64,000 nt of DNA, from positions 19,378 through 83,377 of IMG/VR virus record IMGVR_UViG_2932385599_000003; one strand, 5' to 3'. This DNA comes from a virus (lineage: Duplodnaviria; Caudoviricetes). The position numbers and the translations under genes were made by a program. The notes beneath the pieces are model-generated. The model was given only the letters and a program-made list of their open reading frames with translations. It was not told where the DNA came from and made no database searches. Positions 38,030-46,957 of the stretch are shown here, in pieces (the stretch's first letter is position 1; each line of letters starts with the position of its first letter).

Positions 38030-38731
38030 TCACTCGTCCGGCGATCGCTGTGCCTGGAGCCTCTCCTCCATCTCCTCGCGGCGTCGCCGTAGCGCGTCCA
38101 TGCGTTCTTGGCGTGTCTGAGTGATGGACGTGTGGTTGGCGTCGGCGTAGGACTTGGCGATCTCCTTGAGGGGTTTCTCGATCTTGGTGAGAACGGCTTC
38201 GATCCGCTTCGTCGGCCGCTCACCGATCAGCGTCTCCGACAAGACTTCGATGTCCACCGTGTAGTGCAACGGCTCCACGTCGCCTGCGGGTCCCTTGGCC
38301 TGCACGGTGAAGTTGTACGTCATGGGCAGGCCGCTGTTCAGGCGTGCGTTCGTATCGAAGAAGAACTCCAGCTTCCGGCCGGGCGGGAGCATCGGGATGG
38401 TGCGACTCAGCGCGGTACGAAGCGCCTCCGTGGCCTGCTCGTAAGTGGATTCGATCGGAGGGTCGACGCTGATCCGCACGTCCCGAGCAAGAGTGGGGCC
38501 GACGTTCTGGATGGTCAGGTAGAGCGCGAAGGAGCCTGGTCCACCGAAGTGGATGTCTACGATGACGTACGGCTCGTTCTTCTCCCTCTCGATCTTGCGG
38601 TTCAGTTCGAGCTGCTCCTGCGCAGCCTGCGCCTGCTTGCGGGCGTACCGCAGCGCGAGGCCGGCGGTCGTCGTGGACGCGACCACGGCCAACGCCGCAA
38701 GGGAGAACGAAACCCACTGCTCCAGATCCAT
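38030..38731 (-). CDS. Membrane-anchored hypothetical protein (moron-like)
   Basis: N-terminal TM, coiled coil, PYV...NVG...A.DV domain; lower GC. Confidence 0.75.
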   Translation of the reverse strand: MDLEQWVSFSLAALAVVASTTTAGLALRYARKQAQAAQEQLELNRKIEREKNEPYVIVDIHFGGPGSFALYLTIQNVGPTLARDVRISVDPPIESTYEQATEALRTALSRTIPMLPPGRKLEFFFDTNARLNSGLPMTYNFTVQAKGPAGDVEPLHYTVDIEVLSETLIGERPTKRIEAVLTKIEKPLKEIAKSYADANHTSITQTRQERMDALRRRREEMEERLQAQRSPDE

Positions 38732-38781
38732 CAGGGCAGGATAGGCGCCGAGGGTGGCAGGGGCGCGGGAAAGGCGAACTT

Positions 38782-39939
38782 GTGATGGCAGAGCGGTACG
38801 CCGCGGCGTCGGTGCGGCAGCTCGCCGCGGTGGTGGAGCGGATCGCGCCGCGGGACCGGGCCCGCTGGGAGGCGCGGGAGAAGGTGCCGGGCGCCGGTGG
38901 GGTGCTGATTCAGGTGTCGCGGTCGCGGGCGGACCAGCTTTGGATGGTGGTCGGCATGTTCGACCGGGCGGTGGGCCGGGAGGAGCTGCCGGGCCGGGCT
39001 GCCAGGTCGGCGGCGCAGTTGTTCACGTGGACGACGTTGCGGCCGTTCTGGGAGCTGGCGGCGGCGGGGATGCTGCGGTCGCGGGAGCAGGAGGTGGGGC
39101 GGCCGTTGCCGGTGGCTTCGCTGCGGATCGTGCGGGACTGCTTGGACATGCTGGCGCGGGTGGTGGTGCCGGGGAAGCGGGTGCGGTTGCCGGTGGTGGA
39201 GCAGCCGGCGCCGAAGCAGGTGGTGCCGGCGAGGGCTCGGACGGCGTTGTATCGGGAGTTGGTGGACATGGCGGGGGCCGGGCGGTGGGAGCGGCAGGCG
39301 GGGTTGGGGTTGTCGGTGGAGGAGCGGGCCCGGCTGCTGGCGATGGTCGCGGTGGTGCTGGATACGGGGGCGCGGTCGGGGGAGTTGGCGGCGTTGCGGA
39401 TGCCGGACCTGGCGGTGGGGGAGGAGGCGGTGGCCGTGCGGCGGCGGGTGCAGCGGGGGGCGTCGCGGGTGGAGGAGATCGCCGCGGTGGCGGAGGTGCG
39501 TCCGGCGTCGGTGCACCGGGTGCTGGGGGGTCGGTGGGAGAGCGTGTCGTACGCGACGCGGCAGCGTGTTCTGGCGGCGGTTGAGCGGCTGGAGCCGGCC
39601 CGGGAGGTGGAGTGGTATCGGTTGCGGGAGGGGACGCGGGTGGCGGTGCGGCGGTGGCTGGAGGTGCGGGAGCGGGTCATCGGGGCGTTGCCGTTGGAGG
39701 GGGGTCGGCCGGGGGTGTGGGTGACGTTGTCGGCGACGACGGCGGGCCCGCCGGGGATCACGCTGGGGCCGCGGGGGTTGCGGATGTCGTACGGGCGGGG
39801 GATGGCGGCGTTGAATCTGGCGATGGGGGGCCGGTGGGGGTGGGAGCCGTTGCCGACGACGATGGAGCAGCTGCGGCGTGCGGTGGATGCCGAGCCGTTG
39901 GAGGAAGGGGAGGTCGCGCGGTTGCGGTTGCGTGAGTAG
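38782..39939 (+). CDS. Integrase-fold protein with inserted HTH, lacking the C-terminal catalytic Tyr region
   Basis: VLDTGARSGELAALR box I; EEIAAVAEVRPASVHRVL HTH; ends soon after EQLRR. Confidence 0.65.
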   Translation: MMAERYAAASVRQLAAVVERIAPRDRARWEAREKVPGAGGVLIQVSRSRADQLWMVVGMFDRAVGREELPGRAARSAAQLFTWTTLRPFWELAAAGMLRSREQEVGRPLPVASLRIVRDCLDMLARVVVPGKRVRLPVVEQPAPKQVVPARARTALYRELVDMAGAGRWERQAGLGLSVEERARLLAMVAVVLDTGARSGELAALRMPDLAVGEEAVAVRRRVQRGASRVEEIAAVAEVRPASVHRVLGGRWESVSYATRQRVLAAVERLEPAREVEWYRLREGTRVAVRRWLEVRERVIGALPLEGGRPGVWVTLSATTAGPPGITLGPRGLRMSYGRGMAALNLAMGGRWGWEPLPTTMEQLRRAVDAEPLEEGEVARLRLRE

Positions 39940-40099
39940 GTGTCGCTCGGGTGCGCGTCGGGGGAGGCGGTGCCTGGGGTGGGGTCGTACGGTCGGCTGG
40001 TGGGCGCGGTGACAGGACGGCGTCCGCGTGGGGCGGCTCCGTGTCTCTTTCGCACGTGCGCGGGGCCGCCACCCTGCCGGCCGGGAGGGCTCGCTGGCC

Positions 40100-40294
40100 C
40101 TATAGGCCGGGTATGGGGTCTTGGTCGACGTGGTGGCGGTCGTGGGGGATGCGGGTGTCGGGGTCGCATTCGGGGCCGAGTCGGCGGCGGCGGGATTCGG
40201 GGTCGGTCAGCTCGCGCTTGCACTTGCGGCACCAGACGCGGGCGGGCAGGCCGGGCGGCGGTGCGGTGAGGGGCTGCTGCTCCGGGTGGGCCAT
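40100..40294 (-). CDS. DUF6011-like zinc-finger protein
   Basis: CRKCKRELTDPES...GPEC. Confidence 0.75.
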   Translation of the reverse strand: MAHPEQQPLTAPPPGLPARVWCRKCKRELTDPESRRRRLGPECDPDTRIPHDRHHVDQDPIPGL

Positions 40295-40374
40295 GTGCCC
40301 AGTCTGGCGGAGGGGGTGGCGGTGTGACATGAGGTTTCGCTACGCTGCGCGTGCGCGATGCGTGTGCATGCGTG

Positions 40375-40405
40375 AGGCCACCACCCGGTTCGGGGCGGTG
40401 GCCTT
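40375..40405 (-). terminator. Hairpin downstream of the WYL operon
   Basis: AGGCCACC...GGTGGCCT. Confidence 0.5.
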
Positions 40406-40418
40406 CGTTGTCTGCTGG

Positions 40419-40796
40419 TCAGGTGAGCGCCACTCGGTGGCGTTCGATGTACCAGCGGTGGGACTGCATGAGATCGCCGACCACGGCTGAGAGCGGCCCG
40501 TGGGCGCCGTGACTGCCGCCGAATCCGTCCTTGTCGGCGTACGTGACCCACCACCGCTGGACGCCGCTGGCGTCCCGTCCCATGTAGGTGATCCGGGGCT
40601 TGATGGGCTTTCGGACCATGATGACGGCATCATCTTCAAGAAGACGCTGCCAGTACGTCCTGTTCGGATACGGGCGGCCGTCGAAGGTGTTGGTGGCCGC
40701 TCGCGCCCGGTCGCGATCCTCGGTTTCCAGAATCGTCGTCCAGTCACCGAGCTGCGGGAAGGTCTTCAGGGTGGCTTGCACGCGGTAGAGCGGCAT
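40419..40796 (-). CDS. Hypothetical protein
   Basis: AAGGA RBS, downstream of the WYL gene. Confidence 0.65.
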   Translation of the reverse strand: MPLYRVQATLKTFPQLGDWTTILETEDRDRARAATNTFDGRPYPNRTYWQRLLEDDAVIMVRKPIKPRITYMGRDASGVQRWWVTYADKDGFGGSHGAHGPLSAVVGDLMQSHRWYIERHRVALT

Positions 40797-40813
40797 GAGG
40801 TGGTTCCTTCGGG

Positions 40814-41230
40814 TCAGGCGGCGAGGTGGGTGTCGGTCTGGGTGAGCTTCACGCGGGGGCGGTAGTCGGCGTCGTCCTTGTCGCGGGCCAGCTCGTAGAA
40901 GAACAGGGCCTGGGCGTCGTCGGTGGGCTGGGGCTCGGGGCGCTCGTAGGTGGTGGGCTCGGGCCGATCCAGGGTGAACGGGATGCGGTGCAGGGTGTAG
41001 GAGCGTACGCGGCTGATGCGGAAGTTGCGCTCGTCGCCGCGGAGCCGGCACATGGCGACGATGACGATGTCGCCGTCGTCGGTGGTGCGGATGTCGTGGG
41101 GCTCGATGGTGCGGACGGTGTCGGTGCCGTCGCGGTCGGTGTAGGTGATGGTGACGGCGTGGCGGCGGTCGAGGGCGCGGTAGAGGTCGGTGAGGGTCTT
41201 GGTGGTGGTCTGGCGGTTGGTGTGCTTCAC
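40814..41230 (-). CDS. Stand-alone WYL-domain protein
   Basis: VTITY...RTIEP...AMCRLRGDERNFRISRV. Confidence 0.85.
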   Translation of the reverse strand: MKHTNRQTTTKTLTDLYRALDRRHAVTITYTDRDGTDTVRTIEPHDIRTTDDGDIVIVAMCRLRGDERNFRISRVRSYTLHRIPFTLDRPEPTTYERPEPQPTDDAQALFFYELARDKDDADYRPRVKLTQTDTHLAA

Positions 41231-41261
41231 AGCGTCCCCCGGTGGTGTGTTGGTGTGTCCC

Positions 41262-41307
41262 ACCCTACTCATATTCTCTTGCATACGCAAGAGGTTATGG
41301 TTAGGGT
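41262..41307. promoter_or_regulatory. Symmetric divergent promoter pair with operator CTCTTGC-N4-GCAAGAG (41276-41293)
   Basis: + strand TTGCAT-17-TAGGGT; - strand TTGCGT-17-TAGGGT. Confidence 0.8.
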
Positions 41308-41376
41308 GGACCCACCAGAACCGGACGCGCACACCCTCCCCGATGGCGTGCGCAAGAGAATATGGAGGAAACTGGC

Positions 41377-41967
41377 GTGGCCAACGCCCGCACGCGCCCC
41401 CCGACCACCCACCGGTCCCGGCGGCGCCCGCCGAGAGGACCCCGCCCCGTGCCCACCAAGAGCGACGCCGACCGCCGCCTGCACCACAACCTGACCGCCG
41501 CCTCCGCCAAGCTCCGCGAAACCGGCGCCCCCGACCTGGCCGAAGCCGTCGACCAGGTCCTCGCCCCCGGCGGCTGGCACGCCCTGCGCCGGCTGGAGAA
41601 CGCCGCCACCGCGGCACCGAACTTCTCCATCCCCATGCGCACCGCCGACCGCGACACCGCCAAGCGCCTGTCCGAGAAGGCCGGCGAGTCCCTCACCGCC
41701 ATCGTCGAGAAGCGCCTGACGGACTTCGTCGCTGGCACCTTCGACCCGCGCGTCGCCCGCGCCACCCGCAACTCCGGCGCCGCCCAGGCCACCTCGAACC
41801 TGAACATGCGGCCCAACCCCGACCTCGTCCAGCAGGTCCGCGCCCGCGTCGACGAGCTCAACGCCTCCGGCCGCTCCCCGAAGCTCAGCGCCGCCGGCGT
41901 GGCCCGCGCGGCGATCGAGGAGCACTACCAGCTCGGCCAGTACAAGCCCGCGGACAAGGCGCAGTAG
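41377..41967 (+). CDS. Putative tandem ribbon-helix-helix regulator
   Basis: NFSIPM...SLTAIVEKRL and NLNMRP...SAAGVARAAI units; GGAGG RBS. Confidence 0.55.
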   Translation: MANARTRPPTTHRSRRRPPRGPRPVPTKSDADRRLHHNLTAASAKLRETGAPDLAEAVDQVLAPGGWHALRRLENAATAAPNFSIPMRTADRDTAKRLSEKAGESLTAIVEKRLTDFVAGTFDPRVARATRNSGAAQATSNLNMRPNPDLVQQVRARVDELNASGRSPKLSAAGVARAAIEEHYQLGQYKPADKAQ

Positions 41968-42056
41968 CACTCCGGCACGACGGGCCCAGGGGCCGGACGC
42001 CGACAACCAGCCCCTTCGCCCCGTACCGCGCGTGACAACCCCATAGGAGAGACCTC

Positions 42057-43217
42057 ATGGCCACCGCCATCCAGGCTGCCGCACACGCGGGCGGCCCGAC
42101 TTCGCACACCCTGAACCAGCCCGACGGACTCGACTTCGAGGACGCGGTACGCGCCGCAGAGAAGGCCCGCATCGCTCTCACCGGCCCGTCCGGTTCGGGC
42201 AAGACCTACACCGCGCTCAGCATCGGCACGGGCCTCCTGCCCGACGGCGGTACCCTCGGCGTCATCGACACCGAGCGGGGCTCCGCGTCGAAGTATGCGG
42301 GCCTGTTCACCTTCAAGACGATGAAGCTGCCCAGCTTCGAGCCGCAGGCCCTCATCCGCGCCCTCGCCGTCGCAGCGGCACGTGGCATCGACGTCGTCGT
42401 CATCGACTCGCTCACGCACTTCTGGTCCGGCCGCGGTGGCGCTCTCGCCCAGGTCGACCAGAAGACCCGGGCCGCCAACTCGAAGAACGCGTTCACCAGC
42501 GGGTGGAAGGACGTCACCCCGCTCCTGCACGACATGCTGGACGCGATCCTCGCCTACCCCGGCCACGTCATCTGCACGATGCGGGTGAAGACCGAGTGGG
42601 TGCTGCAGGAGAACCAGAACGGGAAGAAGGAGCCCACCAAGGTCGGCATGAAGCTCGACCAGCGCGACGGCATCGACTACGAGTTCGACCTCGTCGGCGC
42701 CCTCGATCAGAACCACGTCATGGTCGTGGACAAGTCCCGCTACCCGACCATTGAGGTCGGCTCCCAGCACGACAAGCCGGACTTCGCCTTCGGGCAGATG
42801 ATCGCCGGCTGGCTCGACGACGGCGAGGGCAGCGCACTGGGCGTCATGGACTTCGCCCGCCTCGCCGTCGACCCGGCGATGACCCCGCAGCAGCTGCTGG
42901 ACCTGCTCTCCGACGTGGAGAACCGCGGTCTGCTTGGAGCGGCCGTCCTCGACCTGGGCAAGCAAGCTACGTCGCTGGGCTCCCTGATCCGGCTGATGGG
43001 CTCGGCGGCCCGAGCGAAGGACCCGGCCACCACCCCCGACGACCTGCGAGCCCTGCGCATCCGCATGGAGCAGGCCGGACGGATCGGCGCACTCGTCCCT
43101 GGCATGGACGGCGAGCCGACGCCTCTCGGCGACCTCATCAACTTCGTCCAGACCACCCGTCACAACAGCTCGGAGCAGGGGCGACGCGACGACGCCGGAA
43201 GGACGGCGGCCGCATGA
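42057..43217 (+). CDS. AAA_24/Sak4-like recombination ATPase
   Basis: GPSGSGKT, IDTERGS, VIDSLTH, YEFD. Confidence 0.8.
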   Translation: MATAIQAAAHAGGPTSHTLNQPDGLDFEDAVRAAEKARIALTGPSGSGKTYTALSIGTGLLPDGGTLGVIDTERGSASKYAGLFTFKTMKLPSFEPQALIRALAVAAARGIDVVVIDSLTHFWSGRGGALAQVDQKTRAANSKNAFTSGWKDVTPLLHDMLDAILAYPGHVICTMRVKTEWVLQENQNGKKEPTKVGMKLDQRDGIDYEFDLVGALDQNHVMVVDKSRYPTIEVGSQHDKPDFAFGQMIAGWLDDGEGSALGVMDFARLAVDPAMTPQQLLDLLSDVENRGLLGAAVLDLGKQATSLGSLIRLMGSAARAKDPATTPDDLRALRIRMEQAGRIGALVPGMDGEPTPLGDLINFVQTTRHNSSEQGRRDDAGRTAAA

Positions 43218-44020
43218 CGGAGACCCCGGATGGACGGCCCCACGGGTACGCCCGGTACAAGCTGGACGGCTGCCGCTGCAACATCTGCGGCTGGGCCGTC
43301 GCCTCCTACAACGACGCGCGCGAGCACGCCATCCGCAAGGGCCAGTGGCAGCCGTTCGTCGACGCCAGCCCTGTGCGCGAGCACCTGCTGAGCTTGCGGC
43401 AGTGCGGCATCGGGCTCCGCACCGTCGCACGCGCCTCGGGAATCGACCGCAAGCGCCTCCAGGCCATCGTGACCGGGCGGCCCGAGCGGGGGACAGGCCC
43501 CCAGCGGCAGGTCCGGCCCGACCTGGCCGCCGCCGTCTTGGCGGTCCAGCCGTCCTTCGACCTGCTGGCCCCTTCCACCCAGGTCGACTCCACCGGCACC
43601 CACCGCCGCCTCCAGGCGCTGGTGGCGGCCGGGTGGCCACAGCACCACCTGGCCGTCGCGCTCAACATGACGGACGCCAACTTCGGAAGCATGCTCCGCC
43701 AGAAGCAGGTGCTGGCTCGCCGGGCCCGGCAGGTCAACGCCCTGTACGACGACCGCTGGCACCTGGATCCCCGCGACCACGGCGTGAACGTCCAGGCGTA
43801 CTCCCGAGCCCGCAACCACGCGGCCACCCGCCGCTGGGCACCGGTCGGCGCCTGGGACGACGACGACATCGACGACCCCAACGCGCTCCCCGACTGGACG
43901 GGCCAGTGCGGCACCCCCCAGGGCTACCACGCCCACCGAACCCTGAAGATCCCCGCGTGCCCGCCCTGCACCGCCGCCCACGCCGCTCGGCACCGCCAGA
44001 CGAAGCAGAACGCCGCCTGA
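43214..44020 (+). CDS. Zn-finger/HTH phage protein
   Basis: HGYARY..GCRC..C, two HTH-like segments, CGT..GY..H...C..C. Confidence 0.7.
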   Translation: MTETPDGRPHGYARYKLDGCRCNICGWAVASYNDAREHAIRKGQWQPFVDASPVREHLLSLRQCGIGLRTVARASGIDRKRLQAIVTGRPERGTGPQRQVRPDLAAAVLAVQPSFDLLAPSTQVDSTGTHRRLQALVAAGWPQHHLAVALNMTDANFGSMLRQKQVLARRARQVNALYDDRWHLDPRDHGVNVQAYSRARNHAATRRWAPVGAWDDDDIDDPNALPDWTGQCGTPQGYHAHRTLKIPACPPCTAAHAARHRQTKQNAA

Positions 44021-44104
44021 CCCGCCCGGGTCAGGGCCGGCCGATACGCAGACCTGATCCGGGCCCCGGCGGGGCCCACTCCACTCACCCGAGGAGGCCC
44101 CGCC

Positions 44105-44377
44105 ATGGGGACCATGCTGCTCGCCTTGTCCTACCTGTCCGCCGCCGCCGTGCTGCTGCTGTACGCGGCGGCGGTCGTCGTCTACTCGCGGCACGTCCGC
44201 GACCGGCTGCGCGCGGAGCGCCGCGCCACCGTCACCGCCCGCCTCACGGCCGCCGTCGACCAGCGCGACGCCGCGGCCGCCCGCCGGGCCCGCACCGCGC
44301 ACAGCGCGGTCCTCGCCGAGGCCGAGCACATCGTCGACACCGCCTACGCCACCCAGCAGGAAGGGGGACACCCGTGA
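44105..44377 (+). CDS. Small membrane protein
   Basis: AGGAGG RBS, N-terminal TM. Confidence 0.65.
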   Translation: MGTMLLALSYLSAAAVLLLYAAAVVVYSRHVRDRLRAERRATVTARLTAAVDQRDAAAARRARTAHSAVLAEAEHIVDTAYATQQEGGHP

Positions 44378-45240
44378 CCGCCACCAGCCCGGCCGCCGCC
44401 TGGCGGACCCTGACCGACCACCCCCACTACCGCTACCGCGGCTGCCAGCCGGACCCGGAGCAGCCGGCCCGCGCCGCGGGCGACCCGGACCTCAGCATCA
44501 ACGCGTGGCTGCCGTACACCGGCGACGGGCAGGAGAACCAGGCCGACCGGCACGCCCGTGAGCGGGCCGCGATCGTCGTGTGCGGGTTCTGCCCCGTCAA
44601 GGCCGCGTGCCTCGCGTACGCGACCACCCTGACGGCCGACGGTCTCCTCGCCGAGCCGGAGGGCATCTGGGGCGGTCTGCGGGCCCTGGAGCGGCACCGG
44701 GCCCTGATCGCCTCCCGCACCCACACCACGAGCCCCGTCGCGTGCGCGGACGCCGGGCAGCAGCCGACGGCGGAGAAGCTCGCCGAGGCCCGCACCCCCG
44801 CCAAGACGGCCGTGCTGCGCGCGCTCGCCCGGCACACCGACCCCGACCTCGTGGCCGCCGCCGCGGGCCTGGACGTGCGCACCGCGAACTGGCATCGCTC
44901 CGCCCTCGTGTCCCTGCTGGGGCTGGACAAGGAGACCACCACCCGCGAGCAGCTCCTGCACGCCGCGGTGGCGTACGGGCTGCTGCCGGACACCGTGCGG
45001 ATCGTCCCGGACGGCCGCTGGCCGCTGACCGCCGCACCCACCACGGACGGCGCCCGCCAGCGGCGCCTGGCCCCCGACATGCCTGTCCAGCTCACCATCC
45101 CCGGCCTGCCGCACTACCCGCGCCGGCTCCGGCGCCGTATCCGCCGTCCCGCGCCCGCGCCGGCCCGCCGGCTGCGCCTCGTCCGACCGCCGACCATGCC
45201 CGTCCCGCTCCCGCACCGTGCCCTGGAGTACGCCGCATGA
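44374..45240 (+). CDS. WhiB-like Fe-S regulator with C-terminal HTH-like extension
   Basis: C...CGFCPVKAAC...GIWGG. Confidence 0.8.
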   Translation: MTATSPAAAWRTLTDHPHYRYRGCQPDPEQPARAAGDPDLSINAWLPYTGDGQENQADRHARERAAIVVCGFCPVKAACLAYATTLTADGLLAEPEGIWGGLRALERHRALIASRTHTTSPVACADAGQQPTAEKLAEARTPAKTAVLRALARHTDPDLVAAAAGLDVRTANWHRSALVSLLGLDKETTTREQLLHAAVAYGLLPDTVRIVPDGRWPLTAAPTTDGARQRRLAPDMPVQLTIPGLPHYPRRLRRRIRRPAPAPARRLRLVRPPTMPVPLPHRALEYAA

Positions 45241-45677
45241 CCCACCCCGCACCCCGTAAGCCCGACGCCGACGAGCCCCACCGCGTCGACGGCCCCCATC
45301 AGGTCGACGGCGACAGCGTCGACGTCGACCAGGCGCTGGCCGCCCGCTGCACCAGCCACGGCGACTACCTCGCCGGCCTCATCGCCACCGCCATGCTCGA
45401 CACCGCCGCCCGCCCCGACCGCCTCCCCGAAACCCTCTTTCCCGACGCCGACCCCACCCTCGTCCGCGCCATCTGGAACACCGCCCTCCCCGTCGGCTAC
45501 CACGCCGGCCTCATCGCCGCCCACCCCCGCTGGGCCCCCGACACCCTCACCCGCGCCCACCACGACCTCGCCCGCGCCGGATACGCCGCCATGGCCCACC
45601 TCGCCGCCCGCTCCGCCAACACCCACCACCGCACCACCCCCCGCCCTCCCGACACCCCCCAGGGAGACCAGCCGTGA
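45237..45677 (+). CDS. Hypothetical protein
   Basis: ATGA coupling. Confidence 0.6.
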   Translation: MTHPAPRKPDADEPHRVDGPHQVDGDSVDVDQALAARCTSHGDYLAGLIATAMLDTAARPDRLPETLFPDADPTLVRAIWNTALPVGYHAGLIAAHPRWAPDTLTRAHHDLARAGYAAMAHLAARSANTHHRTTPRPPDTPQGDQP

Positions 45678-46081
45678 CCACGCCGCCCCGACGCGGCCGC
45701 GGCCGCCCCGCCACCTTCACCACCGCCACCCGCCGCGTCTTCCTCGACGCCGTCGCCGCCGGCACCCCCCTCGGCCAAGCCACCCAACTCGCCGGCGTCA
45801 GCCCCACCACCCCACGCCGCCACGCCCGCACCGACCCCGCCTTCGCCGCCGACCTCGCCGCAGCCAAGGCCGCCGGCCGCGAAGCCCGACTCGCGAACGT
45901 CCCCCACGGCGAGTCCCGCTACAACAACTACGGCTGCCGCTGCACCACCTGCCGCACCGCCGCGACCACCGCCCGCACCAACCGCCGCCACACCACCAAT
46001 CCCGACCCCCAGGTCGTCACCCTGCCTGCTCCGGCCGCGAGTTCGTGTCCTTCTTCCTTGTTGCTGGCCAAAGCGTCTTGA
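45674..46081 (+). CDS. HTH plus Zn-finger protein
   Basis: AT-hook-like GRGRP, HTH, HG..RY...GCRC..C. Confidence 0.65.
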   Translation: MTTPPRRGRGRPATFTTATRRVFLDAVAAGTPLGQATQLAGVSPTTPRRHARTDPAFAADLAAAKAAGREARLANVPHGESRYNNYGCRCTTCRTAATTARTNRRHTTNPDPQVVTLPAPAASSCPSSLLLAKAS

Positions 46082-46100
46082 CCGCCCGGCGGGCCCGGTT

Positions 46101-46145
46101 GCTGGCGTCCCTTATTTATGACCGCTTTCTATAGGACACGGGCGG
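46101..46145 (-). repeat. 45-bp element, inverted partner of 35598-35642
   Basis: See the partner feature. Confidence 0.8.
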
Positions 46146-46394
46146 ACGGTCGTACGCACGTCCGATGACCTGGATATCTGATGACAAGTCCACTGATCCG
46201 ACACGACTTCCAGGGGAGGAAGACAGGTGACGAGGTCAAGGGGTAGGCTGCGCCTTGCGCCAGACGACCACTCAGGTTCACGGCGCGCGCAGAACAACAA
46301 AACGGCCTCGCTCCCCCGGCTGGTAACCGGGATCGACGCGAGGCCGGCCGCCAACCTCACAGACAGGTGACGACGTGACGAAGCGTACCCGCCC

Positions 46395-46934
46395 ATGCGG
46401 GCAGACAGACAGTGGGACCCGAGACTCCGGCGTGAACATCACACCGCCGTCGAGCACGGGCCCCGCCACCACAACCCCCGCCCCCGCATGAGCGCGGTCG
46501 TCCGGCAGCTCCGCCGGACCACGACTGTCGACGGCCAGCCGATGGGCGTCGAGCTGGCGGCGGACTACTGCGAGTGCAACCGCGGCCCCGTCATCGGCAT
46601 CGTTCAGTACACCGATCGGCAGGTCCGGTTCTTCTCCCTGGACAGCTGGCAGGCGAGCACGCATCACGACGCCGCCGACCTCCGCTGCGTCGACTGCCTC
46701 GCTGAGGCAGCCTTGGCGGTCGCCAACGGCACGGTCCGCGAACGGATGCAGAAGCTGTCGCGTCAGCGCGCCGAAGGGATGCAAGCGCTGATGCGGACCA
46801 ACGCCATGCGACGGGAAGCCGGACTGCCGATCGTCCCGGCCATCATCCCCGAGGGTAACGACTGGCCCCTCACCCAGACTTCTGCGCCTGTTCCGGCGCA
46901 GACCCCACCAACTGATGGAGATCAAGTGACGTAG
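46395..46934 (+). CDS. Hypothetical Cys-containing protein upstream of rep
   Basis: CEC and CVDC motifs; start uncertain. Confidence 0.55.
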   Translation: MRADRQWDPRLRREHHTAVEHGPRHHNPRPRMSAVVRQLRRTTTVDGQPMGVELAADYCECNRGPVIGIVQYTDRQVRFFSLDSWQASTHHDAADLRCVDCLAEAALAVANGTVRERMQKLSRQRAEGMQALMRTNAMRREAGLPIVPAIIPEGNDWPLTQTSAPVPAQTPPTDGDQVT

Positions 46935-46957
46935 CCCTTATCGGGCGGGAGGTCCCT

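Noticed and set aside
43345-44373. Upstream extension of the 631-aa ORF
   Set aside because: Overlaps two better genes; the WhiB-like protein starts at GTG 44374.
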